From the human T2T-CHM13v2.0 reference genome, Homo sapiens: a DNA stretch of 64,000 bases. Position 1 is the first letter of the stretch. Each line of letters starts with the position of its first letter. Positions 1 through 14,865 of the stretch are shown piece after piece. The DNA lies in NCBI RefSeq assembly GCF_009914755.1, contig NC_060925.1. One strand, 5' to 3'. Both the position numbers and the translations under genes were made by a program. Under the pieces are notes generated by a model. That model searched no databases. It was not told where the DNA came from and saw only the letters and a list, made by a program, of their open reading frames with translations.

Positions 1-506
1 ATCTTCCCATAGCAGGCTATGCAAGGAGGAAACAGTCCCAATTTCCAACTTCCTAGTTTTCTAACGATCCATAGGTTGACCTGTTTTTCCACATAAGGAG
101 TCCTTTCACCCAGAGGCTTCTTCAACCTTGGACCAGGATCAGTCTCTCTTCTCACGATGTTTCCTCACACCTATTTCACAACTTGTCTCTTTACAATTCA
201 CTTTTTCTATTACATCACTCAGTAGGTCAATCTTGCTAGACTAATGGGGAAGAAGGAAAAGGGGAGTGAAGAAGGATGTTTAAGCCCTCTTTGAAAAAGT
301 GCCTTTTCATATTCTTTCCCATAAGGAAAATGCTTCAAATGTCTCACTTCGCTCTCCTTTGCTTTGAAATAGGAGTTTCCAAAGCAGCTTCACACCAATG
401 CCAAAAAAATATCAGTAACGGGCCATTCAGATAGTGACAACAACCCCAAGGAAACATAATTAAGCAAATTTTAAAAATAAAATATACTGGAACTTTTTTA
501 TTTCAG

Positions 507-587
507 GATAAAAGAAAAATACAGGAAGAAATCTCACAGAAGCGTCTGAAAATAGAGGAAGACAAACTAAAGCACCAGCATTTGAAG
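507..587 (+). CDS. PALMD: Palmdelphin coding exon 2 (DKRKIQEEISQKRLKIEEDKLKHQHLK)
   Basis: tttcag| acceptor and |gtaatt donor; 81 nt, phase 0-0; translation matches the recalled palmdelphin N-terminal coiled coil. Exon 1 lies upstream of the window. Confidence 0.95.
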
Positions 588-1742
588 GTAATTTATGGCT
601 TTAATTTCATTTCAATGATTTTGTATTCAAAAATTCTATTGGTACTCAAATTTCAATAGTAAAAAAGCTTTAGGAAAGAAAAAAATTTCAAGATAGTTTG
701 ACTAACATTGTAATAACCATAGGGGAGGCCAACAAGCTAGTAACATTTGCATATGAGATTAATACCTTCTAGCAAACATGTGCAAAGTTGAACACATGGT
801 TTTATTACTTTTATCCTTTATAACTGAGTTTCCCAATTTTCTTGAGCAACCTTGAGAATTCAGCCTTGAGAATTTGGCCCTGCTCGCAGTCTTGCTTAAC
901 ATCCCTAGGGAGTGGATCCAGCTAGGAAGTGCCTTTTGAAATCAATGAAAGGCCAGTCATTCCCCCGGGGGTGCAGAACAGTGTCTGGCCTGGTCAAGGA
1001 TGCTTGTATTTAAAAGTTCAGTGCAATGAGTCCAATGTTGTTTGAGTATGCTTCGGGTTTTTGTTTTATTTTGTTTTGACAGAACATGAGATCATAACCA
1101 GAAATAACTTTCCATGTTTAAAATCAGATTTTACATCTTTCACTGGGTGTGGCCATTTTGTAATTAAAGCACATTGAGTTTCAACATTTTATTACTTAGC
1201 TTAGTGACAGGATGCAAGCAAATAACAAACAGCAGCTCCTTGTGAAAAGGCCCAAGCAGGAAACTACTTATCTGACAGGGCTGCTATCAATAGATTTAAT
1301 GAATCCCCTTAATGATACAAAGCTGCACACTCAAGGGGTCTACAAATTTAAGTTAAACTTGCTGAATGCAACTGACTTCATTTTTCTAATGGAACAAGTA
1401 CCTGCCTCTGAAAAGAAACATAATTTAAGATTCCAATTAGCCTCATTCTCTGGATTCTGTTTGCTTCTTTGCTTCTAAACAAGTTGACATTTCCGATGTT
1501 TGATGGATAATTTCAAAGCACAGTTAGTCTGCTCCCCTTCCAATATGTCACATTGAATTTACATGAGTAGTATACATAGTCAAGAAATGTAGTGTGTACT
1601 CCTAGGAAATCAATGAAATTTAAAAAAAAAAAGTTCCAAGTTGTTCCAGTGCAATTCAAATGAAGTCAACAGTCAAATCTAGAAAGTTTTTTAGATAGGC
1701 CATTTCTCACTCCAAAACCAGAGGTCATTTGCTCTCCTTTCC

Positions 1743-1811
1743 TCTCTCTCTCTCTCACACACACACACTTGCACAATTTACACACACACAATCACACACA
1801 CAATACACACA
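1743..1811 (+). repeat. (TC)n(CA)n compound microsatellite
   Basis: directly visible. Confidence 0.85.
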
Positions 1812-4470
1812 ATCTGGATCTCCCAATGAACTACTTCCTGCCTCTGAGTAAAATGATAGCTCTCTAGCTATCCTTGAGAATGGGCAATTGTTATCCTTGC
1901 AGAATGGGTAGCCACAAAACAGTGGAGCTCACAGTAGAAGAGAAGATTTAAATATCCCCTTAGTTCGTTCTAGAAGTAAGTTTCGCATGAGAAGCCTGAC
2001 TCACTGAAAGGTCCATTTCTGAAGTAGCACCTCATTCCAGCACTTGCCAAAAACAGTCTGGAAAGTAGTAGATGATCTTCCTTATTGGTTTGCTCTCCAG
2101 AACACAGGAGACCTCTCCTGATCCAATCCAATCAAAACATTTATCATGTTTTGGACTGCCATATACAGTTGTGCAGATTGTGTACTGCACAAAGGTACCT
2201 GAAATGATGGTGCTAAAATCTTGTCCACATTCCTTTGCCAGTCGTGCACTCTGGTTCAGGGATGCTTATACCTGGAGCAAAAGGTTTCAATTTTCTCTGC
2301 ACAAAAGTGCTATCCACTTTCCCAAGCTGTTCACTGGAAAAAAGGGGTGTGTGTGGCATGGAGCAGGGCTAGGAGTTGGGGGAAATGACACATTGTCCTA
2401 ATTTGGGAAATTCAAGATTAAATAAACAAGATAAATGATAGTTGTTTTAATTTAAACTACAGTATAATTATTCTTTAATCTGGGATGGTCAAGAAGGCAC
2501 TATTAAAGGTATGGGATTCAAGCTGAGTCTTAACTGGTAAGTAGAATTTATATGGATGTATATAGGGCCTTTAGTCAATAAATATTTATTAAGTACATAT
2601 TATGTACAAGCTATGAAGCTAGACACTAAGAATATAAAACAAGTGAAATTTGGCCTGCGTCCTTAAGATGGTAACTGATACATAAACTCATAATAACAGT
2701 TATTCTGTGATAAACACTGTATGGGAGGCATAAACTGCACAGGGCACAGAGAAGAAAGAGTGGCTATTTCAGTAGAGCACATTCTTCCAAGTTTTGCAAA
2801 AAATAGTTGTCTATACCAAACAGCAACAAGGCATAATTCCAAAATGGGGTTCAAAATGTGCAAAAGTATTTTTTAAAATAATTCTACAATGTCTTCACCA
2901 AATTAAAAAGCTCTGTTGGCCTCTATAGCCTGTCTCTTATTTTCTTCATCCATTCGTCCTAGTCTTCATGACTATCCTCTCCACTTTCCTGATTGCAAAC
3001 TAGTTCACTATACTTCAGTGACACACATTAAACAACATAAGCATAAACATTTACAAAGTGTTCCTCCTACATCAGAATACACACATTTCAAAATAGTTGT
3101 AGTAACTCCCTCTGATATTCTTTAGCTCCTGAACCTGATGATCATTCTCATAATGTGCTAGCAAGGGAATTTCTGGGACATTTTTTACATCTTAATATTC
3201 AAACTACTCATACAGAGATTTTTTTTCTGTATGGATCTTCTTGCCTAGTAATATGATCACAATCTCATGTTACCAAGAAACACAAAATACAGTCAATCTG
3301 AAAAATTTTTGATTTCCATGAGTCCGTTCAATTCAATCTACGAAAAACCAATTTATTCCTACTCTACTGTAACTTCTGGGTAGATATAGAAGTGCTCAGG
3401 AAAACCTTTTCCTAAAAAAACTGCAGAAAGACCTATCACCTGCATGTCACATATTTTCATTTAGTTCATATGGCTTTCAATTCTGAATTTCATTGTAAAG
3501 TAGATTTTATTATACTCATTAGCCTCATCCACTAAAGCACAAGTCTAAACTGTGACATAAAAGCAAAATAACTCTTTTGATTACTACAGTATATATGTGA
3601 TTGCATCATATATCATTTTGATTGCACATCCAAATTGCATATTTTATATTTAAGTTCAAAGAGTTCTCCACGAGGCATAAATGAAAATTTATGAAGTATG
3701 AACAAAGTTTTACAAGACTAAAATTAAAATTATTTCTAACTAGACTAAAAACCAAGAATATAGCCCCAAGTTAACCTAATCACATCACAAGAATGATTCG
3801 CTACTCTCTATAATTCAGCCTCATAAGACCACCCCATCTGAGTGTTTCTTATATAGCTATGTGTGTCATTGGCTGGAACTTTCCTTATAGGTGGTTTGTA
3901 AGGAGTAAAACTTACTTCTATAGGTGTTACTGTCTTCTTTCCTATGCATTAGCTAAAATTCCATTAGATAAAAATAAATTAGAATCAAAGTAAATTATTA
4001 AAATGCTGCTATATTCAGAGTTTCTTAGCATCTTTGACCCCAGGAGCTGAATCTTGACCAATGTTAATCATATTTACTGGGTCTGCAGGAAAACATTTTT
4101 GCAAACAGCTAAACAGCTATAATAAATGGTTAAGATAACACTGGGGTAAAGAATCTCTGGCCACAGAATGGAGTAATACAAATTGCTCTTGTGATGTATA
4201 TCGTCCACATGCAGTTGCTTAAGATTCTGAAAAGGCCAGTACAAATGTGATGATCTGGGGTGAAGCTGTTATTTACTAAATCTAGTGGTTTTCAAACCAT
4301 GTTCTGTGTATCCATAAGCTTTCAGGCCCCTTCACTTCTTCAATTAGAGCAGTCCAGAATTCATCTGTTTTCCAAACTATAGTTCCATATAACATTTGTT
4401 TGTAATGTTGTAAGTTATAATGTTATATTGGTTTTTTTTTTAAGAAAAAAAGATTTAAAAGTCATTGCCT

Positions 4471-4662
4471 CAGTAAAAAATAATCATCCTTTGGTAATTA
4501 TCTATCACAACTAAACTTAATTTTAAATGTTTTCTTAATTCAGAGATACTTGTATCTCAGTGGTATCAGTAAAAAATAATCATCCTTTGGTAATTATCTA
4601 TCACAACTAAACTTAATTTTAAATGTTTTCTTAATTCAGAGATACTTGTATCTCAGTGGTAT
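4471..4662. repeat. Perfect 2 x 96-bp tandem duplication
   Basis: 4471-4566 is identical to 4567-4662 on manual comparison. Confidence 0.95.
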
Positions 4663-5829
4663 TTATTCTAGCATCCTTAAAAAAACACACCCACACACAA
4701 ACACACAAAGTTATTCTTACTTACTCTCATTTAAATTTCAATATAAGAGAAAGAAGTCCCAGAAAATAAAGTTCCCATTCTCTCCTCACAGATTTTAAAT
4801 ATAGTGAATCCCCAATGAATAATTAACAATGAATAACTGAACAAATAATTGATAGGGCAGATTGGATACATAATGAGAGCCCTTTTATTCCAGGAGAAAA
4901 AGAGAAACTTGAGCTCCTTGAAAATAACATGACCATACATCTGATGCTTCCCACTTGAGATGTAGACTACATGCTAATTAAAGCCCATCCAAAATTTACA
5001 GGTCTTTTTCATTTGTTTTAAGTCTTCTTAGGTCTTTAAACTCCAGGTCCAGGCGTTTAATTTCCTCATGCAAATTCAAGAGGAGTTTTTGTTTTTTCCA
5101 TCTGGTGAAATGTAATTTTTTGTGTGTTGTTAAAGTTGACAAAAACTCACCAACATTTAGACAGATCAGTAAATTTTGCGCTTAAGAATGTCTATAACCA
5201 GGGAGATTCTGAGAAGAAAGAAGGGGAGCTAAGTAGGCAAAACAATAAACAGCTGCCACACAGCCTAAGAATAACACTGAATATGTTTAAGTTACAACAG
5301 CAACCTTCTGTTTTGCCCACCATTCCAATTAATCCCACTAAAGATTTTTTTAAAGCAGTCATTGCATGCTCTCACCAGGGGGAATATCAAAATAGCTTCA
5401 AGAAGCTTTTGACTTTGTTTAGGACACAAGATATATACCCATCAATAACAGATGACACTAAAGACATCATATTATGAGGTCCCATTATGACTGTGATAAA
5501 CACACAGTATGGCATGGTTCTGAAGACAGAAAGTGAGGGTCAGGATGGGGCTGCCAGGAGTATGGGGGCCAGGGATCTTCATGCCAAAGGAGAGACCCAA
5601 ACTAAACCTTGAAGTATAAATGGGATTTAGATGCATAAAACCTGGCTTTGAATACAGTCAAGAAGGTTACAATGAAAGAAAATACCAGATTTATTCAGGC
5701 AAGGCACTGACAGAAAATAATTCCTCTTTAACGTGTCACCTATTGAAATTCATAAGATTTGAAAGCAGTAAGAGATTTTGGAAATTATTGACCAATATAA
5801 GAACATATCTTTATGTTTCCTGACATCAG

Positions 5830-5954
5830 AAAAAGGCCTTGAGGGAGAAATGGCTTCTAGATGGAATCAGCAGCGGAAAAGAACAGGAAGAGATGAAGAA
5901 GCAAAATCAACAAGACCAGCACCAGATCCAGGTTCTAGAACAAAGTATCCTCAG
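5830..5954 (+). CDS. PALMD: Palmdelphin exon 3 (KKALREKWLLDGISSGKEQEEMKKQNQQDQHQIQVLEQSIL..)
   Basis: catcag| and |gtatgg; 125 nt, phase 0-2; contains the paralemmin-family KALREKWLL motif. Confidence 0.96.
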
Positions 5955-6070
5955 GTATGGCCCTCACTGAGATACTCCACAACTACCTTTATTTTGACTT
6001 TATCCCATGTTGTGCATAGACATGCCATTCTCACTTTCAGGGGCATAATCAAATCTTCCATTTGAATTTC

Positions 6071-6358
6071 TTTTTTTTTTTTTTAAGGCACGCTTTCACA
6101 CTGTCACCCAGGCTGGAGTGCAGTGACATGATCTCGGCTCATGGCAACTTCCACTCCCAGGGCTCAAGCAATTCTCCAGCCTCAGCCTCCTGAGTAGCTA
6201 GGATGATGGGCACCCACAACCAATGCTTGGCTAATTTTTGTATTTTTGTAGAGACAGGGTTTCACCATGTTGCCCTGGCTGGTCTAGAACTCCTGAGCTC
6301 AAAGTGATGCACCTGCCTCGGCCTCCCGATGTACAGGTGTGAGCCACCATGGTCAGCC
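6071..6358 (-). mobile_element. Alu (AluJ-like) with TSD cttcca.atgaatttc; 5' end duplicated
   Basis: polyT followed by antisense Alu dimer. Confidence 0.9.
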
Positions 6359-9300
6359 TTCCATATGAATTTCTAAAAAAGGGATTACAGGTGTCAGCCA
6401 CCGCGGTCAGCCTTCCATATGAATTTCTAAAAAAGACTAGGGAAACACACCAAAAGGCCACAGTAGAAATTTTACTATAAGTATCACCTGAGTATAGCAA
6501 CACTAGATTTATTTTTAAGTGCATATTGATGACTTACTCATACCTCTCTGAGCCTATTTCCTGCAGAATGGTAGTAACAATGCCTAACTTTTAAAAAATA
6601 CATGCGCTAAACTACCAGCACCTACCTAGCACATGGTAGGTACACAAACAAAAGTCCTTCTTCACAGCCCCAGCCCCTACTCTCACCTTAGGACAGGTGA
6701 CAAGTCTACAGGTGTGTTTACCCGGTCCTTCCATCATATTTCTCTCAGGCACCCTCCCCAGTCACAACCATGATATTGGAAAGAAGGTTCTATAGGAATA
6801 CTCTACTCACAGTTTCCCTCTTCTAGTTCTTTGATGATTTGGTCACAGGCGTTCACTTCATTTCTCAACATCCTTTCCTGCTTATTTTGTGAGATCAGTA
6901 CCGTCAGGCAACTGCTGGTGTAAGAAGTAATGTTCTAAAATTATCTTGGCTTGAAATAAGGTGATGGACAAGAAAAAACTGGAAAGCTCAAATGTAAGAT
7001 GGGATTATTAGTATTATCACATGCAAAAAAGCACAAAAGAAACAGATACGGGAAAGGCCAGAATCATTTTCTAACCTACAAAGGGAAAATATTTAAAAGA
7101 TGGAATTTCTTGTGTTATAATCACGACAACAAATTAAAGTCTACCCATCTTTGAATATAGACGACTTTCAAAACCTCATTCGCTATAATGTATTGCCTTT
7201 AGTGAGGACTGTAGAAAAGATCTGAAACACAAAAGTATTTGGTATCTGTGCTACGACCGCATTTTGTCCATACTCACTGCACTATACAAACAGATCTCAT
7301 TAGGCTTAAGACTGACAACATGAAGAAAGTCTTCCTCTCTTCAAATGATTTCCATTTTACTTGATTAATTACATGCACTTGTATATTGAATAGCTAAAAT
7401 AACTGACTGTTCATCCTTATCTAGATGTTTTTGAAATTAACAATTCTTAAAAGGTTATATAATTGAAATGTTTGCATTTATAAACCCCTCAGTTATTTAC
7501 TCAAAGATTTGAAGTGCTTCTAAATAGTTGATAATAAATACTTTAAAAATAACCCAATAAATCAACTCTATAGTTTGGAAAACTCAATTCTTATCAAGGC
7601 ATCCCTTAGCAAGACATTCTCACCAAGATCCCGGCATAAGTGGGTGATTACTTTCTTTATTCCTCAACACAGAACCCTTATCTCTGAAGGAGTCCTGAAT
7701 TTAATCCCCGTAAACCTTTCCCACTGCACAGACACCTACTTGCTTCCCCTCAAAACCTCCTTTTAGAGTCTTTCCACACACTGAACACCTACAACTTTCT
7801 CTGCATCTGATGATAATTGAAGTGGCTACATATACTCAAACTCCATTAACAGGCTTGGGCAGCATTCTGAGTAATCCGAGTATTAACCAGGACTCTACTG
7901 ATTGCTTTTAGGCCTTGCCTGAATGCTCTGAGAAGCACACGAGCTCCCAGAAGTATTGACAGTGGCTTGTCTAGTTAGAGCTCCTTCCTAACCAAAAATT
8001 AAAAAGGAGAAGGAGGAGGGAGAGGAAGAGAGAGATAGATTTAATAAGCCATAGTATACAGCAGGCACTTTACATATATTGTCCCATTTAATCTTCATAA
8101 CCCGGTGAGGGTAGGTATTATTACCTTCACTTCTTTCAGAGAAGTTAAGGAATTCACACAACTAGGAAGTGGGAGGTCAGGGACTGACTCATTTGACTAC
8201 TCCACAGTGCCTGTGAAATGATGGCACACAGCAGCCTCTGTGGACTGAAAAGGTATTCTCTCTTATAGAAAATCTTTGAAGTGTGTTCTGTCCCTTTGCT
8301 CTCCTTTCTCCAAAATCTCCAACCACACTTAGGGTCTCCTTCTATGTCCCCCTATTCTCTTTGGTAAATTACTGATTCCATGTTTGTTCATTACCCAATT
8401 TCTCGCATCTCACTACAACTTTTAGATCTTCATGATGCTAAATCCATCAATACTCCTTTGTGAATACCAAATGAGTTTAGTCCTTAAATATAAGTAATAA
8501 TAATAGTAATGGTTCATTTTTAAAGGAACTTGTATAATTTACAAAGCACTTGAACTTACATTAAGTCATCGAAAACAACAATCCTAGAAAGAAAGTGCCA
8601 ACACCTCCATTTCACAGATGAGGAAATAGGCGCAGAGAAAGAAAGTGACTTAATTAAGGCCACAGAGTCAGTAAAGGGTAGACTTAGATCTCAAAGCAAG
8701 CCAGGTTCAGTGCTCTCCAGCTGAAAAATGAAGAGAGCTGTAAATGCAAATGCTCTAGAAATAGTAAAACACCTAACACAGACAAGTATCTCTAATAATC
8801 AGCAAACTGCTTTGTTTAAGGAATGATCCTAAAAAGATGTATTTGCAAAAAAAAATAGTAAAGAATTTGTTTTCTTGTGACCTATAGAGGCAGGTTTATC
8901 TGGTTAAAAATATAACAGCAACAGAATGTTCCAAAGCAACACACAGAGAAAAAATATCTATGCCTTGTCTGTATTAAGCAACCTCCCCTACTGCCCAGCA
9001 TTATAAAAATCACATTGCCAAAGCAGCTTTACCTGATAATGGAACGTTTTCTTCTCAGATGTTTGTAAAGCTGCTAAAAAAAACAAAAACAAAAAAACAA
9101 AAAAACAAATCAGGTGCATGTTTTTAAATTCAATCTTTCTCCTAAACAAGTACCCACAGTGCTTGAGAAGCTCTTATTACCAGCTAAATCAGTACAATTT
9201 CCTGTTAGCACTGAGTAGCAATGGAGCCAACTGATGAATTTGAACTAGGGAGACCCACTCACAATCCCTAAGCAGGGAAAGTAACTCAAACTCTGAATGT

Positions 9301-12300
9301 GATTTATCACTTGACTTACGTGCCTGCTCGAGGGTGACATTTGCCACTCTGCCAGGCCCCCTCAGCTAGAGGATAAGATTTTAATGGGAACATCAAAGTA
9401 GAAATATTGCTATTACCGTGGAGTCCATAGCAGGGCCAGACTTTGCCCATGAACCTTTCTTTCCTTCTACTTCTAAGGCGTTGTAAGATGAACTGAAATA
9501 GCGTTGCCTCTGGCATTCAAATCCCTCTTCTGCTGACATAGTACACAGGCTTGGCCATGTTCTTTCATTTCTTTGAGCCTCAGTTTCCTTGCCTGTAATG
9601 TGAGACAGTTATAGCCACTTCACAGGACTGCTGTGAATACAGAGTGCCTGACACATGGAGGTGTACAAAAAATATTAAATACTAGTCCTTACTAAAAGGT
9701 GAAATTAGAAGAACAACACTGCACGGATCTTTATCCAGGTATTTTTATTTTTTGGCCAAGTTCTCTCCTTTCTTTATGCTAGTACAAAGAGTGTTTTTCT
9801 TGGAGTAAACTGAGAATACCAACCAATGAGGATTCTTTCCATTTGGAAATAATCTATGATTTTTTTTATGGCTTAAAGTCTAGAATGCTACCATAGAGGT
9901 TAATTTTTGTGGAACATTTGCTGTGGACCAGGCATTGTGCTAAACATTTCATGTACATTATTTCATTGAGTTCTCACAACTACCCTATTAGGTAGGTAAC
10001 ATTTAACAGATGAGAAAAATTGACACTTACAGAGGCTAACTCACCCTAAGTCATACAGCAAAACGTAAAGAGCCAGGATTTAAAACCTAATTAAAAGTCC
10101 TAATCATAAAAATAAAATTGCACCTCAGAGCCTGTAGAAATTTTTTACAAATGTTAAATGCTGTAAACTCTATACTTTTATAGCATTTTTAAGTTTCCAA
10201 TCTATGCTACAATTTCACTTTTATGTGTACCACTTTATGTAGACATTTACCTGAATATTTAACATATTAAAGACATTCAGAGGGTACCCTGACTCACACA
10301 TAACCTTTAAGTAAAGCATATCTGCTTATTCATCCTGTCGTTGTCTCCTCCAAAGAGAGGCAACATTTCAGAAAATAAGTGGGTTTCCATGGTTTCTGTC
10401 TCTGAGTTACATTCTTAGCTTTCAAACAATATTGTGGAGTATTTTGCCTTGTGCCCTGATTAATACCTTAGGAGGAAATGTTCCCAGGGGAAGCCTATAT
10501 TGAACGTCTCCTTCTGAATCACTTTGCTTAAATAGAGTTTCAATTTGCCTCCCAAAAGAGCCCTGCGCTTACTGCGACCACTGAACCATTTACTGCCTGA
10601 TTGTAGGCACAGGTGCACTGATTTTTCAGTCCAAATATCCATGTGCACAAATTTATACCTGGTTTAGAAATCTTGTCCTAACACTTTCCTTGCTCTCCTC
10701 TATCCAATAGCCCACACCCAAAATGACACCCCCAGTAAGTCTCCATAGGAGGTATGCCCCCAGCAACTTGTTCACATCCTGGGTTCTTCTTTCCTATCCA
10801 GCTGCCCTGCAGTTGTCCATGACCTCCCTTAGCCAAACTGCCCTGTGCCAAGCTCCCGGCCAGACACTCTACTTCTTGAACTGTGTCCAAAGACCTCTGA
10901 CTTTAATTGGAGCACACAGAGCGCCTGACAGAAATGTCATAAGCATGAAATGTAAAAGGTCAACTGCCGAGGAGAATGATGCAAATACACTGCATTCCCT
11001 TTGGGAAGGATAAGCTACTTATGATTAAATGTTCTCTAGCACGGATTTTTTTTTTAATACTCCAAAGTGCCCTTCTGACCTTCTGCCTTCTTTTAATGAA
11101 CTTTCATTTGTCCCCCAAATAGTTAGAAACCGCCTTCCACAGATGATACAAATGGGCAAAGGTGTATGTGAAGCCTTGGATGTCTGTGTGACTACGTGTC
11201 ATGAGAAAAGCCAAGTGGGCTGGTACAGCAGCTATAGCCACATCCCACATAACTTAAGGAAAATTCCTCCACAAAAGGAGCTGAAACCCAGGAAAATGCA
11301 TTCTGCTCAATATCATGTAAAGCAATAATTTACTCAATTAACTAAAAAGAGAGCAGGCAAAATTCAATTCAAAAGAGAACCCAAAACATTGATGTAGAAA
11401 TATAAAAGTTAAATTTTTTTGTTACTGGTTATCATTTATCAAAGTTTATCTTATTATTATTTCCATCCAAGTTTAACCCCTACTTAATGCTTTTAACTAC
11501 CTGTGCAGGTCAATTGTACCTTAATGAAACTAATGTTTCCTCAAACACGGGTGAGATATGCTACGTGAAAAATACTACATTCTAGATGTTTCTGCCTTCC
11601 TACCCTAACCCGTATCTAATACCACATAGCAGAGAGATAGACAAGCTGCTCTTTTATGACAACATAAGAAAAAAAAAGAGGCGAAAAAAAACTCTACCAT
11701 TTGTTTCTTATTAAATTTGCTGTTGCCTAGAGACACTCAAGAAATTATTCTAAGGTAATTACATGAGTCAAAAAATTTCCAAGCATGTTTTTCACTCTCC
11801 ATATTTGACTAATTGGTTTACCAGATTTGTAATAGTTCATCTGTTGTTGTTTTCAATTTCCCAGATAGTCTGATTATTTTTAATTCAGGAGCTTCACTTT
11901 TAACAAAAAAAAGCCAAGTAAACCAAACTTAAAAGCAAAAAAGGGAAGAAGTCTACCCACTCCAACCCTCCGAAACACACACATACAAGCCCCTAGTACA
12001 ACGCCTAGCACATAGTAGGAATACCTGTGAATACATAGCTTAATAAGTGAATGAATGAGTAAAATAGATGACGTATAGATGAATGTTAGTACTTAAAAAT
12101 ACTACCTTTCTAAGAGGACCAGCTAAAGAAGCCTAGATAATGACTTGAACATTAATGAACTGAAAAGGAAAGCCTTGAAACTCTTTTAAAAATAAGAAAA
12201 GAATAAACATCCAGCTATTTTGAGTCAAGGGCAAAGTTAAATGGTAGTAGTGCCCTGGTTTTTTAAACAATTATCAATGGCATGTTTTAACATCTCACCA

Positions 12301-14574
12301 GCACTTTGTTTACTTTCTCTCCATGTTCCCTTCCTCCATATGCCCTTTTATTTCCTTATCCTGACCTTTCAGCATTCATTCTTGCTCATACCTGCCAATC
12401 TCATCTATATGTTAGTAGAAATAAAGATTAAATGGTTACTGGCCCCCACCATGATAAGCTGAAAAGTAGATTGCAATAAACTCTGAGGGTCCTCCCTCCA
12501 CTCCACTTCAATTTATTTAACAACAGCTACTCTTTATGGAGCACTATTCTGAGAATGACAATTCTCTGAGGGAAGTCTAATTAGCCTCATTTTGTACATA
12601 AGGACACTAAATCATAGAAAGCTATAAATCTGGCAACAGTCATGCCAGGAGTCACACATAGGTCTTTCTGACTCCAGACCCTTCCCACCAGACCTCACAC
12701 TGCTTATTCTTGATTCATTCCATGAACATTATTGAGAACTTGCCATATGTAAGTCTTTGAGTCTTACAGAGAAGATTCCATATAAACTCCCACCCAAAAA
12801 AAAAAAAAATTTGTTTTTCTCTCTTTAAATCCCTTAACTTTTCAAAATGCATTTACATTTATTATCTCACTTCAAATGGTATTCAGTGCCTTGAAATACA
12901 AATATGACACCATTAGCAGAGTTGTCATAAATCTTTGGCTGTGCTGACATGAGTAAAGACAAAACAAAGGAGCAACTGAACAATCCAGAAAGTGGGAGGT
13001 GAATTAGTTTCAGTGACCCGTTCTCCAAGCCTTGGTCATAAAGGATGAATGTTCAAGAGCAGCGACTCATTGTAATAGAGAAAGGATCTGTGCTGCCTGC
13101 CACCAGGCCTAGACTTCTGCATTCTGCAGGAGAGTTTCCCGTGACTAATTTTACCAGCTCAAAAAACTTCCACACCCACCCCCTTGCGATGCATCTTTTG
13201 TCTGCCATAAGGCAAATGTCACTTCGTCCATTTAGACCACCCAAGGTTATCTGATTCTTGTTGGTTATTCTATGTTTTATTAGGATTGGAATTTATATTT
13301 GTTGATCTTCAAACAATAGAGTCCTGTTCCTTGGTATCAAATATGAACAGTTAACATCAAGAAACAAAGCAAAAATGAAGTAGATAAAAAATAGAAAATA
13401 TAGTGACTGCTGTATAATATAGTCAGGGATAAATGTTAAGGGTTACCAAGGCACAAAGCCAGGAATTATTTCTGAAAGGAAAGAGTCACTATCTACATCA
13501 TTGAATACTTTTTGCCATTTCATTATATAATTACAAGTAGTTTATTCATAGAAATGTTTTTCTCTACAATTTATTTTTAGGAAAAGAAAAGAGGCTTACC
13601 AGAATCATGGATAAGTATATCTTCAGTTAACTTGCCATGTCCTGGCCACAACAGTAGTTGATGGTCACTTGGGAAACTCATGACAGCTGGGTACAAGTCA
13701 AATTATTACAATTACTTCACTCCTATTAAATGTTTGGCATGTACTACAAGGTCCTCTACAAGCCCTAATTTAAAAACACACACACCTAGTTTCTGTCCCA
13801 CCAGAGCAGTTGAGAAGCCCATAACAAACCAATCCTTCATATCACATCAACCTTGAGACTATATGTTTATTTGCATTCATTTGAAAATGACATTTGTTTA
13901 ATAACTTGTGCATGATAGTGGCTGATTCTCTGAAAACCAGTTTGGTTTCTTATTTTTCATGGCAAATGAAACCCTCAATTTGCAAAATATTGTTCTGATT
14001 AAGAGGGTTTGCTTTTCTACTAAATCACTCTCTTCTAACGTTGCATGCCTACACGGCAGTTTCAAATTAGGATACTATCATCTGCCCATAAGATAATTAT
14101 TAATATTTGCAGAGTTATATTAGGAGATGAGATTCACCCATGCAAAAGCTATTCACATATAATCAGTCAGCTTTCTAAACATCTGCTCTGTTCCCAACCA
14201 TCAGAGCAAACTAATGCTTGTTTTAATGTCATTGTTCCCTTGCCTCTCTGCTTCTTGTTATCTTAAAACTGCTGCATTGTATTGTTTGTCCTATTCTTAA
14301 ATGCTCAGGATTAGAGGCAATAGATCTGACTTGTGGCAAACTTAGTGTTTGCTGTATGCCAAATGCCCTTTAATTCTCTGGCATGCTTACCACTAGCATG
14401 TGACAGTTTGCACTAGTAGGCTAGATCTTCCTTATTATACACATGCCCTTTGACAATGGCTGGTTCTAAGGCAGTTCTTCTTCTTCCTTTTTTTTAAGGA
14501 CACCAGCCATATTGGATAGTTTTTGTTCTCACCTACTGTCTATGCACTGAATTATTCTTCATCTTTTTTGATAC

Positions 14575-14865
14575 GCACTTTTTAAAAATTTTTGTAGATG
14601 TAGGGGGTACAAGTGCAGTTTTGTTATATGGATACACTGAATAGTGGTGAAGTCTGGGCTTTTAGTGCAATCATCAGCCAATATATTCATTGTATCCATT
14701 AGGTAATTTCTCATCCCTAATACCCCTCCCACCCTCTCACCCTTCTGAGTCTCCAGTGGCTAGTATTCCACTCTATATGTCCATATATACACATTACTTC
14801 ATACCCACTTATACGTTAGAACACGTGGTATTTGTCTGTTTCTGAGTTATTTCACTTAAGATAAT
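14575..14865 (-). mobile_element. L1MA-type 3' end fragment
   Basis: gggggtacaagtgcagttttgtta..agtggtgaagtctgggcttttagtg..tgagttatttcacttaagataatg. Confidence 0.75.

Noticed and set aside
8050-12700. Several MIR/L2-like fragments (e.g. ~8050-8200, 8520-8720, 9550-9680, 9905-10085)
   Set aside because: Probably real but too degenerate to delimit reliably by eye, and ordinary for mammalian introns.
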